In this document: in pieces, positions 1 through 10,444 of the stretch | Layout: each line of letters starts with the position of its first letter | How positions within the stretch are numbered: position 1 is the stretch's first letter | Assembly (NCBI GenBank): GCA_028150825.1 | Contig: JAOGIM010000004.1 | Span: forward strand, 16,555 to 80,554 | Length of the DNA: 64,000 nucleotides | Reading direction: 5' to 3' | From: Paracoccaceae bacterium | GTDB taxonomy: Bacteria > Pseudomonadota > Alphaproteobacteria > Rhodobacterales > Rhodobacteraceae | Notes under the pieces: generated by a model | The model's input: the letters and a program-made list of their open reading frames with translations, nothing else | What the model was told of the DNA's origin: nothing | Databases searched by the model: none | Translations under genes and position numbers: made by a program

Positions 1-253
1 ACTTAGGTAAGCCTGACCTTGTCTTGAACCATTGAGCTGTGCAGCGCTATCATCTATTGAAATTATTAAGCGATATGTATTCTCCATACAATATCTGCCC
101 TGATTTTTGTTATGTTATCTGCTTTCAGATATCCAGACGTTTTTTTGATACTGTTTCTATGCCTGACCGTGTACTATTTAGATTAGGTTTTAGCTATACC
201 AATCGTGAGTTTCTGTGTACCTGTGAAGTATTATTTAAGAGATAGGCATACGA

Positions 254-1003
254 ATGAAAACCATACATTTATTTTACGTCTCAATATTGGCACTTATCAT
301 GCCGGTAAGCGCCATTTATGCTGAAGATGAGTCTAGTTTTTCGTTTGGTTTGGTGTACATAAGCAGCGAACCTATATATTTAAAAGCCAACGCAATATCC
401 CGGGTAATGCCGTTATTGAGATATGATCGTGAGAACGTCAGTGTCAGTTTTCAAGAGGGCGTATCTTACCAAATTCTAAATGGTTCAGCTTCAAGTTTCA
501 CTATTTCTGTTGCCCCCAAATTTAAGCCTTATGATAGCAGTGACTCTGTAGCTCTTAATGGCATGGATCGAAAAATGTACTTTGATGGTTCCGTGGCAGC
601 TTTCTATACAATCAGCAGGGGTCTAACAGCAAAATTCAAATATTCTAAGGAATTCACGAATGAATTTAATGGAGATGCTGTCGATCTATCCCTTAGTCAG
701 TTTATACCCTTCGCTGGCGTTCCGGTTATCGTAACGGCTGGTTCAAAGTGGTACGACAGAAACCGTTCAGAATACCTTTATGGCGTGTATTCAGCTGAAG
801 CCACTAGCCAACGATCTCAATATGCGCCCAGTGATGGTTTTGTGCATTACTTAGGTTTAAACGCATTCTACAAAATAACGGACAGCATTGGGATTTTCTC
901 AAATATAAATGTGAATTTTTTACCAGCGGCAGTAAAAAATAGCCCTATTATAAGCGACAAGAATACGATTAGCTTTGTTATTGGGCTTGGTTACAGATTC
1001 TGA
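254..1003 (+). CDS. MipA/OmpV-family outer-membrane beta-barrel protein
   Basis: 249-aa ORF with an N-terminal signal peptide (ALIMPVSAIYA/ED), an alternating beta-strand pattern and the C-terminal aromatic end GLGYRF typical of OM barrels. Confidence 0.7.
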   Translation: MKTIHLFYVSILALIMPVSAIYAEDESSFSFGLVYISSEPIYLKANAISRVMPLLRYDRENVSVSFQEGVSYQILNGSASSFTISVAPKFKPYDSSDSVALNGMDRKMYFDGSVAAFYTISRGLTAKFKYSKEFTNEFNGDAVDLSLSQFIPFAGVPVIVTAGSKWYDRNRSEYLYGVYSAEATSQRSQYAPSDGFVHYLGLNAFYKITDSIGIFSNINVNFLPAAVKNSPIISDKNTISFVIGLGYRF

Positions 1004-1203
1004 GAAAATTATTTTATTTGCTTATCTTTTGGCTACTTTGTGCGGTGGCCACTCTTCCCAATAAGATATTTCAATTTCTGTTGGGTAATAATAATAAGAT
1101 AAGGATACAGAGCGAGGGCAGTGATATTCGCAAGTCTGATAAAGCTCGCCAGTGGCAAACCCATCCAAGATTGCAAATCAATTTAATTTTGCTTTTCAAT
1201 TTT

Positions 1204-1232
1204 AAAAAAAAGGCGGTGCCAAAGGCACCGCC
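1204..1232 (-). terminator. Rho-independent terminator oriented for the minus strand
   Basis: Perfect 9-bp stem GGCGGTGCC/GGCACCGCC (1212-1220 / 1224-1232) with a 3-nt loop. The A8 run at 1204-1211 becomes U8 after the hairpin on the minus-strand transcript. Confidence 0.6.
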
Positions 1233-1920
1233 AGAGAACTTAAGAACATCAAGGGAGTTGAAAGTTCTAAGTAGCTAACACATCAGGGAGGAAATATTTG
1301 CTGTCCTCTTCATAGAACAAAATATCGAATGGTATCAATCATAAAGATTGCATTTCAGCTATGCAGAAAATGCAATGATCAGACTTTGAGATAGTTGGAA
1401 TTTATGGAGGCTAGACGATTGCGTGCTTGACATCAGTAACGGCGATTTGTCCGTGTGGAAGAATATGTATGAGACCCAAGATCATGTAAACTCATGACGT
1501 TTGCCGGGCTAGACGAAACAAGTGAACAAATGGCTGAAAGTGTTGTGGGGTCTCCCTGAGGAGCCTTTCCAACGGTGCATCAAATGCTCGCATAGTTACC
1601 AAAGTGGGGTCATTCAAAGAAATTAATGATAAAATTGGCATCTCTAATTGCTCTTAGGCCAATTCAATCCCCTCAAAAGAAAATGTGTTACAACGAAATA
1701 GAAGACGATTTATAGCTCTCAGGCAAGGACTTAATTCACTCGTTTTTCAGTAAATTTATGGGAAGCAGAATTTGATCTTAGTCTTGCTTTACAATTCAAT
1801 GCGACGGTTTGGTCAGAATTTGTTTACGCGCTTACCGATCCCTTATATTCGCCCTAGATTAAACACCCAGTCATTTCCTAGCCGGCCGAAAAACAAAACA
1901 TATTAACAAAACAGTTTTAT

Positions 1921-3327
1921 TTAATAAGATCTAGACGTCATTATTCCTGCTTTACTACCTGCAATTTGTCCTAAGCTTAATGCAGTCAGTAAACCATTAC
2001 CTGACAAATAACCTGAAACGTCTGGCCCAGATACGCCACAAGCGGCACCACCGCATGCAAAAATAGTGTCAAAAGGTACTCCATTAGGCCGGCAGATTTG
2101 AGCATTGCGGTTAACGCGTAGTCCACCTTGGGTATGAAACAAAGCGCCCGTGACTTTTACAGCATAATAAGGTGCTGTCAGCCGTTTTCTAGGCTCAAAA
2201 TTTCTCCCGAATGGGTCGACTTGATCGCCGCCAGCATATTGCTCGCATTTGGCCAGTGTTTTGCAAAAAGTAGCAGGCTCAACGCTGATCTTACTTGCCA
2301 GCTCTTCAATGCTGTTGGCTTTTATTAATGCACCACTCTCTTCGGCTTTGTTGAAATCATCGAAACCGCGGCCAAGAACGGCTAACCGTTCGTCAAAAAT
2401 ATTAAAGGCTATTTTTTCCTCTTGTCCAAGCACAGATACCGCTTGCTCAGAATAGCCATTATGTTCGTTTGAAAACCGTTCACCCTTGGCATTGACCTGA
2501 ATCCCACCCTCCATCATCAGGGCCCAAGTCACTAGGATCCCATGTGGATGTGCAACTGATCCATGACCCTGATAACCCGATAAATGTAAAAGCTCAGCAC
2601 CGAGAGCTTTCCCCCATAAAATTGCTTCACCTTGATTACCGGGGTGCCCAAAATAAAGTGCATCGTTCATTTCTGGGATATGTTCCGCGATAAGAGCTGG
2701 ATTGGCCCCATAGCCATTGCAGGCCAGAATGATGGCTGCGGCAGCGATGTGTTCGTGGGTACCATCAGGTCGCAAACATATTGCACCTAAAGCTTTATCA
2801 GTCTCATCGACTACAAGCTCGATTACTTGAACACCTGTTGCAACCGTCACGTCTTGCATAAGGATAGCTGTTTCAAGATGATGGATCAGGCCAACCCCAG
2901 TCTTTTCGGGTACGGTGTGCATGCGATGGTTTGTATGCCCTGGATATAGAAAATTATCCAACACATGAAACGCAATGTCGTATTTTTCACTAAGCCAATC
3001 TATAGTTCTAGGAATTTGGCTGACAATTATTTTTACATGGTCAACATCTGCAGTATTCTTGTTTTTTGCCATAATATCAGCAAAGAAGATGTCTTTACTA
3101 TCCACAATAGATTGGTTGTTTTGAGCTTTAGTCCCAGCGGCGGGAATGAGGCCAGATGACAATGCTGTTGACCCTGAAAGTCGTTTTTCACGTTCGGCAA
3201 TCAAGACAGTTGCGCCAGTTTCTGATGCAGCCAACGCAGCTGTCAGCCCTGCTGCGCCACCGCCAATAATCAGGCAATCAACTTCAATATCTGCATTAAA
3301 TTTCGAAGTACAAACGACGCCTGGCAC
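1921..3327 (-). CDS. FAD-binding oxidoreductase (fumarate reductase/KstD-like flavoprotein family)
   Basis: 468 aa. N-terminal dinucleotide-binding motif DCLIIGGGAAGLTAALAASETGATVLIAERE. C-terminal GLxAxGExA-like segment (FACGGAACGVSG). Last gene of a tightly packed minus-strand operon. Confidence 0.8.
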   Translation of the reverse strand: MPGVVCTSKFNADIEVDCLIIGGGAAGLTAALAASETGATVLIAEREKRLSGSTALSSGLIPAAGTKAQNNQSIVDSKDIFFADIMAKNKNTADVDHVKIIVSQIPRTIDWLSEKYDIAFHVLDNFLYPGHTNHRMHTVPEKTGVGLIHHLETAILMQDVTVATGVQVIELVVDETDKALGAICLRPDGTHEHIAAAAIILACNGYGANPALIAEHIPEMNDALYFGHPGNQGEAILWGKALGAELLHLSGYQGHGSVAHPHGILVTWALMMEGGIQVNAKGERFSNEHNGYSEQAVSVLGQEEKIAFNIFDERLAVLGRGFDDFNKAEESGALIKANSIEELASKISVEPATFCKTLAKCEQYAGGDQVDPFGRNFEPRKRLTAPYYAVKVTGALFHTQGGLRVNRNAQICRPNGVPFDTIFACGGAACGVSGPDVSGYLSGNGLLTALSLGQIAGSKAGIMTSRSY

Positions 3328-3330
3328 AGT

Positions 3331-3945
3331 TTATCCTCCCTCAAACAACTTGGTGGCATTAGTGATGGACATGACTTCACCAACAGTCGCCAGAGATGCT
3401 ATAGAAACGTCATGGGTTTTTTTGGAAAAGGCGGCACAGCCATCTTCTAAAGTGATTGTGTGAATATCGCGAACATGGGCATCACGAACAGTTGATGCGA
3501 CGCCACCATTGGTGACAATGCCACATACCATCAACGTTTTTATCCCCGCTCGGTTTATGGCGAAATCTAGTCGTGATTGGTAAAAAGCTGAATAGGCGAC
3601 CTTTTCAATTGTAATGTCAGCAGGTTGAAGCTCTTCAACAAGTGAATGGCCCCAGCCTGATGGCATGAAATCTCCTTTAGTCAAAAATGGCCGCAATTTC
3701 TTTAAATGGTCTGATATAAATGGTTCGCCCTTCTTACCTGGCAAAAGGGTAAATTGTGTTGAGATAATCCAACCTCCTGCCTTGCGCACAACATCAAGAA
3801 GGGGCGCAACTTTTGATGGCAGTGCAGCGATATCCTGGCTTGACGTTCCAGAGCGACCATACGCGCCTTTAGCGTGTAAGAAGTCATTCTGTAGGTCGAC
3901 AATCAGTATGGCAGTTGTTGACGGTTCAAAAGGCTGTTTAGACAT
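3331..3945 (-). CDS. Isochorismatase-family hydrolase
   Basis: 204 aa. The AILIVDLQNDF motif and the VTNGGVASTVRDA segment match the isochorismatase/cysteine-hydrolase fold. Abuts the hyuA stop. Confidence 0.8.
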   Translation of the reverse strand: MSKQPFEPSTTAILIVDLQNDFLHAKGAYGRSGTSSQDIAALPSKVAPLLDVVRKAGGWIISTQFTLLPGKKGEPFISDHLKKLRPFLTKGDFMPSGWGHSLVEELQPADITIEKVAYSAFYQSRLDFAINRAGIKTLMVCGIVTNGGVASTVRDAHVRDIHTITLEDGCAAFSKKTHDVSIASLATVGEVMSITNATKLFEGG

Positions 3946-6000
3946 TTAAGCCACCTCTTGTTTCATAATGATATTTCCAAAATCGTCAACCACGGCATAG
4001 ATACCCGGATCAATATATATGGTTGCATCTGGCTGAACCAGTAATGCTGGTCCAGATATTTTACCTCCTTGAGGTAATAACAGTCGGTCAAAAATAGCAG
4101 CGTTATGCCATTTGCCGTTAGAAAATATCTTTTGTCCTGTCAAGCGGCAGGCCTCGGCACTGTCAGCGCGGGGACCGCGGGCCAACATTTTGATGTCAAT
4201 TTGGGGCCGTTTCCCGATTATAGACAGCTTGAGGTTTAGGATGCGAATTGGGATTTCATTGAGCAGCCGGCTGTAGGCTTTGAGGTAACTTTCCTCAAAA
4301 GCATTTTGGATCGCATCAATTGTAACAGCTTTATTGCTTATGATTGGCACAGCAACGGCATGTGTTTGACCTGAGTAGAGCATATCAAGTTCAATAATGC
4401 GTTCGATACCATCAAGTTTGGCGTTTGACTGCTTAACAATCTCCTGAGCCGAGTTTGCCATCTCAGTGATTAGTTCATTCAAATAAACTTCATCAAGAGT
4501 TTCTAGCATGATGTTTAACGTCCGCACTTCATCATGCCGTAAGTCGGACATTACACAGCCAAGTGCGGAGGTAACGCCTGGGTAGCGGGGCACAATGGCC
4601 GCTGCCAAACCAATATCTTGAATTAGCGCCCCTGCATGAAGTGCGCCCCCGCCCCCAAACGGCATCGCTGCAAATAGTTTGGGGTCATGCCCACGTTCGA
4701 TAGAAATAAGGCGGATTGCGCCAGCCATCTTAGAATTTGCTACTTTTATGATTGCTTCAGCGGCATCTTCGACACTCAGATCAAGTGGGTTAGAAATATA
4801 TTTTTTGATTGCTGCTGCTGCCGCGTTTCTGTCAAGCGTGGTCAATTTATTACCGATAGGTTTACGAGAATCAATACGCCCTAAAACCAAATTGGCGTCC
4901 GTTACTGTGGGCCGTTCATTGCCAAGGCCATAGCAAACAGGTCCAGGATCTGATCCGGCACTGTCAGGGCCAATTTCAAGCAGCCCAGTCTCATCAATAT
5001 GAGCGATTGAGCCTCCTCCCGCCCCAATCGTGGACATTTCAATCATTGGTGTTCTGATGACCATGCCAAAATCAATACTGGCCTGAGCAGTAAGCATATT
5101 TTGACCAGCCGCCACCAGAGATACATCAAAGGATGTACCGCCCATATCGCCAGTAATGACATTGTCAAACCCAGCTGCCTTTGCAATTTGTCGTGCTGCT
5201 ACCACGCCGGCAGCAGGGCCAGAAAGAGCTGTGCGAACCGGTAACGATTTTGCCGTATCAACCGACATAATACCGCCGTTCGACTGTACTATTAGGATTT
5301 CAGAATTTGCATTTTCTTCTGCAATTTTAGTTTCAATCTGGGTTAGATATTCGGCCACCACTGGCTGAAGGTAAGCGTTTAAGCTAGCGGTGGAACAACG
5401 TTCAAATTCTCTAATTTCAGGCAGTATTTCTGTCGCAACGCTGACATATTCATTCGGCCAAACTTGCCGCAAGATTTTTGCAGCTTTTGCTTCGTTCTCT
5501 TTATTGGCATATCCATTGATAAAGAACAGGCAAATGGACAAACAACCTTGGTCTATCAAATCTTTGGCAGCCGCTTTGATGGATGCGGCATCAATATCTG
5601 TGATAATCGTGCCATCCGCCAATGTCCGCTCTGGGACCTCAAGGCGGCATTTCCGGTCAATGACAGGTTTAAATTGTCCCCATAACCCCCAAGTGGTTGG
5701 GCGGTCACGTCGGCGCATTTCTAGAACGTCTCGAAACCCCTGGGTAGTAATAATTCCAGCCTTTGCCCCTTTGCGTTCAAGTAGGGCGTTGGTTGCCACG
5801 GTTGTACCATGGATGATTGTTGAGACCGAATTTAAATCATTGCTGGTCACCGCCATAATGCCACTTAAGAATCCGCTGGATTGGTCCCCTTTTGTTGATG
5901 GAACTTTTTCAACACAAACTTCACCGGCTTCTTCATCAAGGGAAACTATGTCAGTGAAGGTACCGCCAACATCAACGCCAATTACGATTGATTTTTTCAT
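3946..6000 (-). CDS. hyuA: Hydantoinase/oxoprolinase A subunit (ATP-dependent, HyuA family)
   Basis: 684 aa. N-terminus IGVDVGGTFTDIV and the length are typical of N-methylhydantoinase A/5-oxoprolinase. The start overlaps the hyuB stop in an ATGA. Confidence 0.9.
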   Translation of the reverse strand: MKKSIVIGVDVGGTFTDIVSLDEEAGEVCVEKVPSTKGDQSSGFLSGIMAVTSNDLNSVSTIIHGTTVATNALLERKGAKAGIITTQGFRDVLEMRRRDRPTTWGLWGQFKPVIDRKCRLEVPERTLADGTIITDIDAASIKAAAKDLIDQGCLSICLFFINGYANKENEAKAAKILRQVWPNEYVSVATEILPEIREFERCSTASLNAYLQPVVAEYLTQIETKIAEENANSEILIVQSNGGIMSVDTAKSLPVRTALSGPAAGVVAARQIAKAAGFDNVITGDMGGTSFDVSLVAAGQNMLTAQASIDFGMVIRTPMIEMSTIGAGGGSIAHIDETGLLEIGPDSAGSDPGPVCYGLGNERPTVTDANLVLGRIDSRKPIGNKLTTLDRNAAAAAIKKYISNPLDLSVEDAAEAIIKVANSKMAGAIRLISIERGHDPKLFAAMPFGGGGALHAGALIQDIGLAAAIVPRYPGVTSALGCVMSDLRHDEVRTLNIMLETLDEVYLNELITEMANSAQEIVKQSNAKLDGIERIIELDMLYSGQTHAVAVPIISNKAVTIDAIQNAFEESYLKAYSRLLNEIPIRILNLKLSIIGKRPQIDIKMLARGPRADSAEACRLTGQKIFSNGKWHNAAIFDRLLLPQGGKISGPALLVQPDATIYIDPGIYAVVDDFGNIIMKQEVA

Positions 6001-7670
6001 GTACTTTTCCCTGAGACATAGCCTTGTTCTATATCATTATCTATGAGATTTTGTGGTCGACTGTTGGGGTTTCCATAACCACCACCACCAGGGGTTTCAA
6101 GTCGAACCCTTTGACCTTTTACGAGTTTTATGCCTGTCATTTTTGATACAAGTGCAGGCGATTTCTTTTTGTTTATGGCACCCTCATCATTACTGTCGTA
6201 ATAAAATCTGTTCATGGCTCCGGCACCGCCGCCCACGACCCCTGCTGGCGCGAATTTGCCGCGCTCACCAAATAGGAATGCGGTTGCACTCTCTTCTAAA
6301 AGTTCGATTTCATAAATTGCGCCCAGGCCACCACGATACTTGCCTGAGCCGCCAGAGTCAGGTCTTAGCGCCCATTGGGTGAACACAACTGGATAGGCGG
6401 CTTCTAGGATTTCTAATGGTGGGATTGTTGCCGTTGAAATTGGGGCATTACCGTGGTTGAGGCCATCGCCTTCAGGGTGACCTCCATGACCGCCGCCAAA
6501 GAATGAAAACATGACCCAGCGGCTACCATTTTTCCGATGGCCGGCAATGGAAAGTGCATTAATTGTTCCATATGCACAGCCATTTACTCGTTCAGGCGCA
6601 ATATTTTCGAAGGCTTGAAACAAGACATCGATCAAGCGCAGGATTGTTTCGGTATACCCTCCCACAGGTTTTGGTGCTTTGACACTTAAAAAGCTATCTT
6701 CGGGGATAATGAACTTAACTGGTTGTAGTACCCCAGCATTTGCCGGCACATCGGTAAAAATATGTTTAAGTGCTACATAGGTTGCTGCTATCGTGGTTGA
6801 TCTGGAAATATTTACAGGCCCGGCGCAGGCAGGACTGGACCTACTAAAATCAAAAATAAGCGTTTGATCCTGTATAGTCATGTCGACGGCCAATTTGAGC
6901 GCTGTGTCGTTAACACCGTCATTATCGAGAAAATCTTCTACTGAAATTGTCCCATCTGGCAACGCTGAAAGATGGTCACACATCATTTTTTCAGCCCGCG
7001 TTTTTAGAAGATTGAGGGCAGTTTTGATATTCTCCTCGCCATAATGGTCGAGCAGATCATCAAGCCGCTGATGACCCAGGTCAAGCGCATTAATTTGCCC
7101 ATTTAGGTCGCCATAGAGCGAGTTTGGTAAACGTGAGTTCGCAGATAATATATCAACAATATCACTATTCAAAATACCAGCTGAGAAAAGTTTAACTGGT
7201 GGGATCAACATCCCTTCTTGGAAGCTTTCAGTGGCTTCAGGATTATAATTGCCTGGCACATTACCACCGACATCATGCCAGTGACCAACTGAGGCAAGGT
7301 AGCAAAATACTTTATTATTCCTATATATCGGTTTGACTAGCCTAAAATCAGATAAATGTGTGCCCCCTTCATACGGATCATTAAAAATGAATACATCGCC
7401 ATCTTTAAGGCCACCATCACGCGCAATTTTATCAATCACCGCTTTTACTGCAAACGCCATCACACCAACAAATATCGGCAAGCCTGATTTGCCCTGAATA
7501 AGCGTGTCACCCGTCACAGCGTCGTAAATTCCATGGCTGGCATCATGGGCTTCGGCGATGATAGGATTAAATGCAGAACGGAAGAGTGTTGCATCCATTT
7601 CATCTGCGATTTGTTCAAGTCTACCCTTTAATATTGCAAGGGTCACGGGATCCATTTTAATTTTGCTCAT
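5997..7670 (-). CDS. hyuB: Hydantoinase B/oxoprolinase subunit (HyuB family)
   Basis: Start MDPVTLAILKGRLEQIADEM..., plus GGGGYGNP near the C-terminus. Start placed at MSKIKMDP (7670), which avoids overlap with the upstream gene; the ORF track allows 7709. Confidence 0.9.
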   Translation of the reverse strand: MSKIKMDPVTLAILKGRLEQIADEMDATLFRSAFNPIIAEAHDASHGIYDAVTGDTLIQGKSGLPIFVGVMAFAVKAVIDKIARDGGLKDGDVFIFNDPYEGGTHLSDFRLVKPIYRNNKVFCYLASVGHWHDVGGNVPGNYNPEATESFQEGMLIPPVKLFSAGILNSDIVDILSANSRLPNSLYGDLNGQINALDLGHQRLDDLLDHYGEENIKTALNLLKTRAEKMMCDHLSALPDGTISVEDFLDNDGVNDTALKLAVDMTIQDQTLIFDFSRSSPACAGPVNISRSTTIAATYVALKHIFTDVPANAGVLQPVKFIIPEDSFLSVKAPKPVGGYTETILRLIDVLFQAFENIAPERVNGCAYGTINALSIAGHRKNGSRWVMFSFFGGGHGGHPEGDGLNHGNAPISTATIPPLEILEAAYPVVFTQWALRPDSGGSGKYRGGLGAIYEIELLEESATAFLFGERGKFAPAGVVGGGAGAMNRFYYDSNDEGAINKKKSPALVSKMTGIKLVKGQRVRLETPGGGGYGNPNSRPQNLIDNDIEQGYVSGKST

Positions 7671-7677
7671 GTTGTTA

Positions 7678-8547
7678 CTATTCGTTTCCTTTATCTTCAT
7701 ATTCAGCACCTAGATCAATCAAAGCCTTGGTGCCAATGAGATCATTTAGCCCATTGAAATCATGCATTTTATCTGAAAATCTATCGTTGTTCCCATTTGC
7801 CAGTAACCCGCTGTAATACGCTTGCATATGATGCGAGATCGCTCGTACTGCACCACCTGGAAAGATTGCGATTTTATACCCTAGCTTGCCTAAGTCTTTG
7901 GCCGATGCGATAGGGGTCTTTCCACCCTCAACCATATTAGCCAGTAATGGAATTTCATGCGCAAATTCAGCACAAATTTTGTTCATTTCATTCATGGATT
8001 GCGGCGCTTCTATAAAAAGCACATCCGCACCAGCCTCTTTATAAGCTCTCGCCCGGTCGATAGCTTGAGAAAACCCTTCTACGGACCGGGCATCTGTACG
8101 TGCAATGATTAGTGTGTCTTGGCTATTGCGGGCATCTAGGGCAGCATGAATTTTGCCAACCATTTCATTTTTTGTGACCAGTTTTTTGCCATCTAAATGG
8201 CCGCATTTCTTGGGAAAAGATTGATCTTCAAGTTGGATCGCACTTGCACCTGATCGCTCAAAACTTCGCACGGTGCGCTGCACGTTAAGCGCATTACCGA
8301 ACCCATTATCTGCATCAACAATGATGGGCGTATTAATGCGATCAGTGATAGCTGCGATGGTGTCATTAACTTCAGAGACGCTGACCAGTCCAATGTCGGA
8401 CCGTCCAAATCTTGTGTAGGCAATGCTTGCACCAGATAAGTAGACCGCTTTTGTCCCTGACTGTGTTGCAATTAAGCCCGATAGCGCATCATAAATGCCT
8501 GGTGCAACCAGCAAGCCACCTTCGGATAGTAAATCACGTATGCTCAT
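7678..8547 (-). CDS. Isocitrate lyase/PEP mutase superfamily enzyme (methylisocitrate/dimethylmalate-lyase-like)
   Basis: 289 aa. Catalytic-loop motif LEDQSFPKKCGH, plus IARTDA and DxxFIEAP motifs as in the PrpB/carboxy-PEP mutase family. Confidence 0.85.
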   Translation of the reverse strand: MSIRDLLSEGGLLVAPGIYDALSGLIATQSGTKAVYLSGASIAYTRFGRSDIGLVSVSEVNDTIAAITDRINTPIIVDADNGFGNALNVQRTVRSFERSGASAIQLEDQSFPKKCGHLDGKKLVTKNEMVGKIHAALDARNSQDTLIIARTDARSVEGFSQAIDRARAYKEAGADVLFIEAPQSMNEMNKICAEFAHEIPLLANMVEGGKTPIASAKDLGKLGYKIAIFPGGAVRAISHHMQAYYSGLLANGNNDRFSDKMHDFNGLNDLIGTKALIDLGAEYEDKGNE

Positions 8548-9050
8548 GACTGCGTTTCTTCCTGTTCAAAACGTTTCTCAAGGTGGGGAACTAACCCTCC
8601 ATCTAAAATCAACTTTTTGAGAAAATTGGGGAGAGGGATCAGTTTAATACAGGTCGCGTTATCCAGAATTTGCAACTCTGCGTCATCGAAATTGAACTCT
8701 ATCTCAGCGCCGTCTGCTAACGCGGGTATGCTCATGAGCTTCTCATCAATTGTAAAAACTGGCAAACCGAGGTTGATTGCGTTTCGATAGAAAATTCCTG
8801 CAAAGCTTGGTGCGATGACGGCTGATATACCTAAATATTTCAAGACTTCAGCGGCTTGTTCGCGGGATGAACCAACCCCCATATTGGCATTGGCTAAAAG
8901 AACGTCGCCTTTTACTACAGAACGCGCAAAATCAGGCCTAACAGCCTCTAGGCAATGACGTGCAAGCTCATGTAATGGAGATTTCATATAAAATCCAGGC
9001 GCAAGAATGTCGGTATCGATGGTACCTTCAAACCTCCATAGTCGAGGCAT
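8544..9050 (-). CDS. Aconitase-family dehydratase small subunit (LeuD-like)
   Basis: 168 aa with swivel-domain pattern GxNxGxGSSREQA. 4-nt overlap with the downstream gene. Confidence 0.85.
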   Translation of the reverse strand: MPRLWRFEGTIDTDILAPGFYMKSPLHELARHCLEAVRPDFARSVVKGDVLLANANMGVGSSREQAAEVLKYLGISAVIAPSFAGIFYRNAINLGLPVFTIDEKLMSIPALADGAEIEFNFDDAELQILDNATCIKLIPLPNFLKKLILDGGLVPHLEKRFEQEETQS

Positions 9051-9053
9051 GCG

Positions 9054-10328
9054 TTACTCTCCCATGACTAGTCTGGGGTCAGTAAGCTTTCCCGTGACTG
9101 CAGATGCCGCGACAGTATAAGGCGAAGCTAAATAAACCGACGAGCTCTGCGCCCCCATCCTGCCTTTGAAATTACGGGCGGTAGATGAAATACAAACTTG
9201 CCCCTCGGCAAGGCGGTCTTCACCATAGCCTGCACAAATGCCACATGAATTTGCCAAGAATTCAGCACCAGCATCTTCAAGAACCTGCATAATGCCATCT
9301 TCTGTAGCGCGATGTTGGTCGCGTAAGCTGGCCGGTGCAACTTTCAATGTGACACCCTTAGCAATTCGCTTGCCTTTTAATACCTCGGCAGCAGCGAGTA
9401 GGTCGATATACTTTGCCCCTGTGCATGCACCGATATAAGCAACATCAAAAGCAGTATTTTGAAATTCGTCCGCATCATCAGAGTTTTCAGGTGAATGTGG
9501 TGCTGCAATTTGTGGCGATAGATTTGCGGCGTCGAACTGCATTCTATTTCTTGTATCTTCGACTGTTTCAATCTGAAAGTTACGCCAGTTATTCGGCACC
9601 TGTCCACCAGCAGCTTCAACATAAGCAATCGTTGTCTCATCAGGGGCGATAAGCCCTGCTTGCGCGCCAAGTTCAGCGGCCATGTTTGATAAAGTCATGC
9701 GTTCTTGCATGGGCAAGTTTCGGATAGTTTCACCCGCAAATTGTATTGCCTGATACCGGCCACCCCCCATCCCAATTTTTCGGCACATCGCCAGCATCAT
9801 GTCTTTTGCAGTCACGTATTTGTGCAATTGGTTTTTCCATGACATTAAGATGGTTTCTGGTGTTTTAATCCAAATGGACCCTGTGGCCAGAACACCAGCC
9901 ATTTCAGTAGCGCCAATGCCAAACATATAGGCACCAAAGGCCCCGCCAGTGGGTGAATGGCTGTCTCCACCAACGCAAAAAAGGCCTGGTGTCAGATGAC
10001 CGCGTTCAGGTAATACAACGTGACAGATACCTTGTTCATCATAAAAATTGTTAATTTGGTTATCTTTTACCCATTTTTTTGTCAGTGCTTGAATTGCGCG
10101 CGTTTCATCGCTTTTAGCAGGAACGTAATGGTCAGTAACAACAACAATCTTCTCATTATCCCACACATTACGGTTTAAACGTTCCAGAATAGGCTTTACT
10201 CTGCGCGGGCCGCCAGAGTCATGAATCATGGCAAGGTCAACATTGCAAATAATAATATCCCCCACGTCGAGGTTTGCTTTTCCAGAGGCATCTGAAAGTA
10301 GCTTTTTTGCCAGTGTAATCATAAGCAA
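9054..10328 (-). CDS. Aconitase-family dehydratase large subunit (LeuC/HacA-like)
   Basis: 424 aa. GGDSHSPTGGAFG motif; Fe-S ligand contexts IGACTG and NSCGICAG. First gene of the minus-strand operon. Confidence 0.85.
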   Translation of the reverse strand: MLMITLAKKLLSDASGKANLDVGDIIICNVDLAMIHDSGGPRRVKPILERLNRNVWDNEKIVVVTDHYVPAKSDETRAIQALTKKWVKDNQINNFYDEQGICHVVLPERGHLTPGLFCVGGDSHSPTGGAFGAYMFGIGATEMAGVLATGSIWIKTPETILMSWKNQLHKYVTAKDMMLAMCRKIGMGGGRYQAIQFAGETIRNLPMQERMTLSNMAAELGAQAGLIAPDETTIAYVEAAGGQVPNNWRNFQIETVEDTRNRMQFDAANLSPQIAAPHSPENSDDADEFQNTAFDVAYIGACTGAKYIDLLAAAEVLKGKRIAKGVTLKVAPASLRDQHRATEDGIMQVLEDAGAEFLANSCGICAGYGEDRLAEGQVCISSTARNFKGRMGAQSSSVYLASPYTVAASAVTGKLTDPRLVMGE

Positions 10329-10444
10329 AGCGTATCATATAACGGCAGCAATGCTATAAATATTTTTGTCTTAATGAGTCACATATATTAGTGTAATTTG
10401 ATAACAGTCCACACGTTTTTGTTTTGAGCTTGAGGAGAAAAAGA

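Noticed and set aside
39-245. 68-aa ORF at the window start
   Set aside because: It has no RBS, an odd composition (Cys/Phe/Tyr-rich) and sits directly in the mipA promoter region. It is likely non-coding.
1018-1278. 86-aa ORF downstream of mipA
   Set aside because: It has a non-ATG start and low-complexity basic sequence, and it runs straight through the GC hairpin/A-run terminator at 1204-1232. I treat it as spurious.
5390-6046. 218-aa plus-strand ORF, and many similar ORFs inside hyuA, hyuB, leuC-like, liv, znuB, the ABC ATPase and selB
   Set aside because: These are antisense shadows of strongly supported genes. Their compositions are Ser/Arg/Pro-rich and they show no family motifs.
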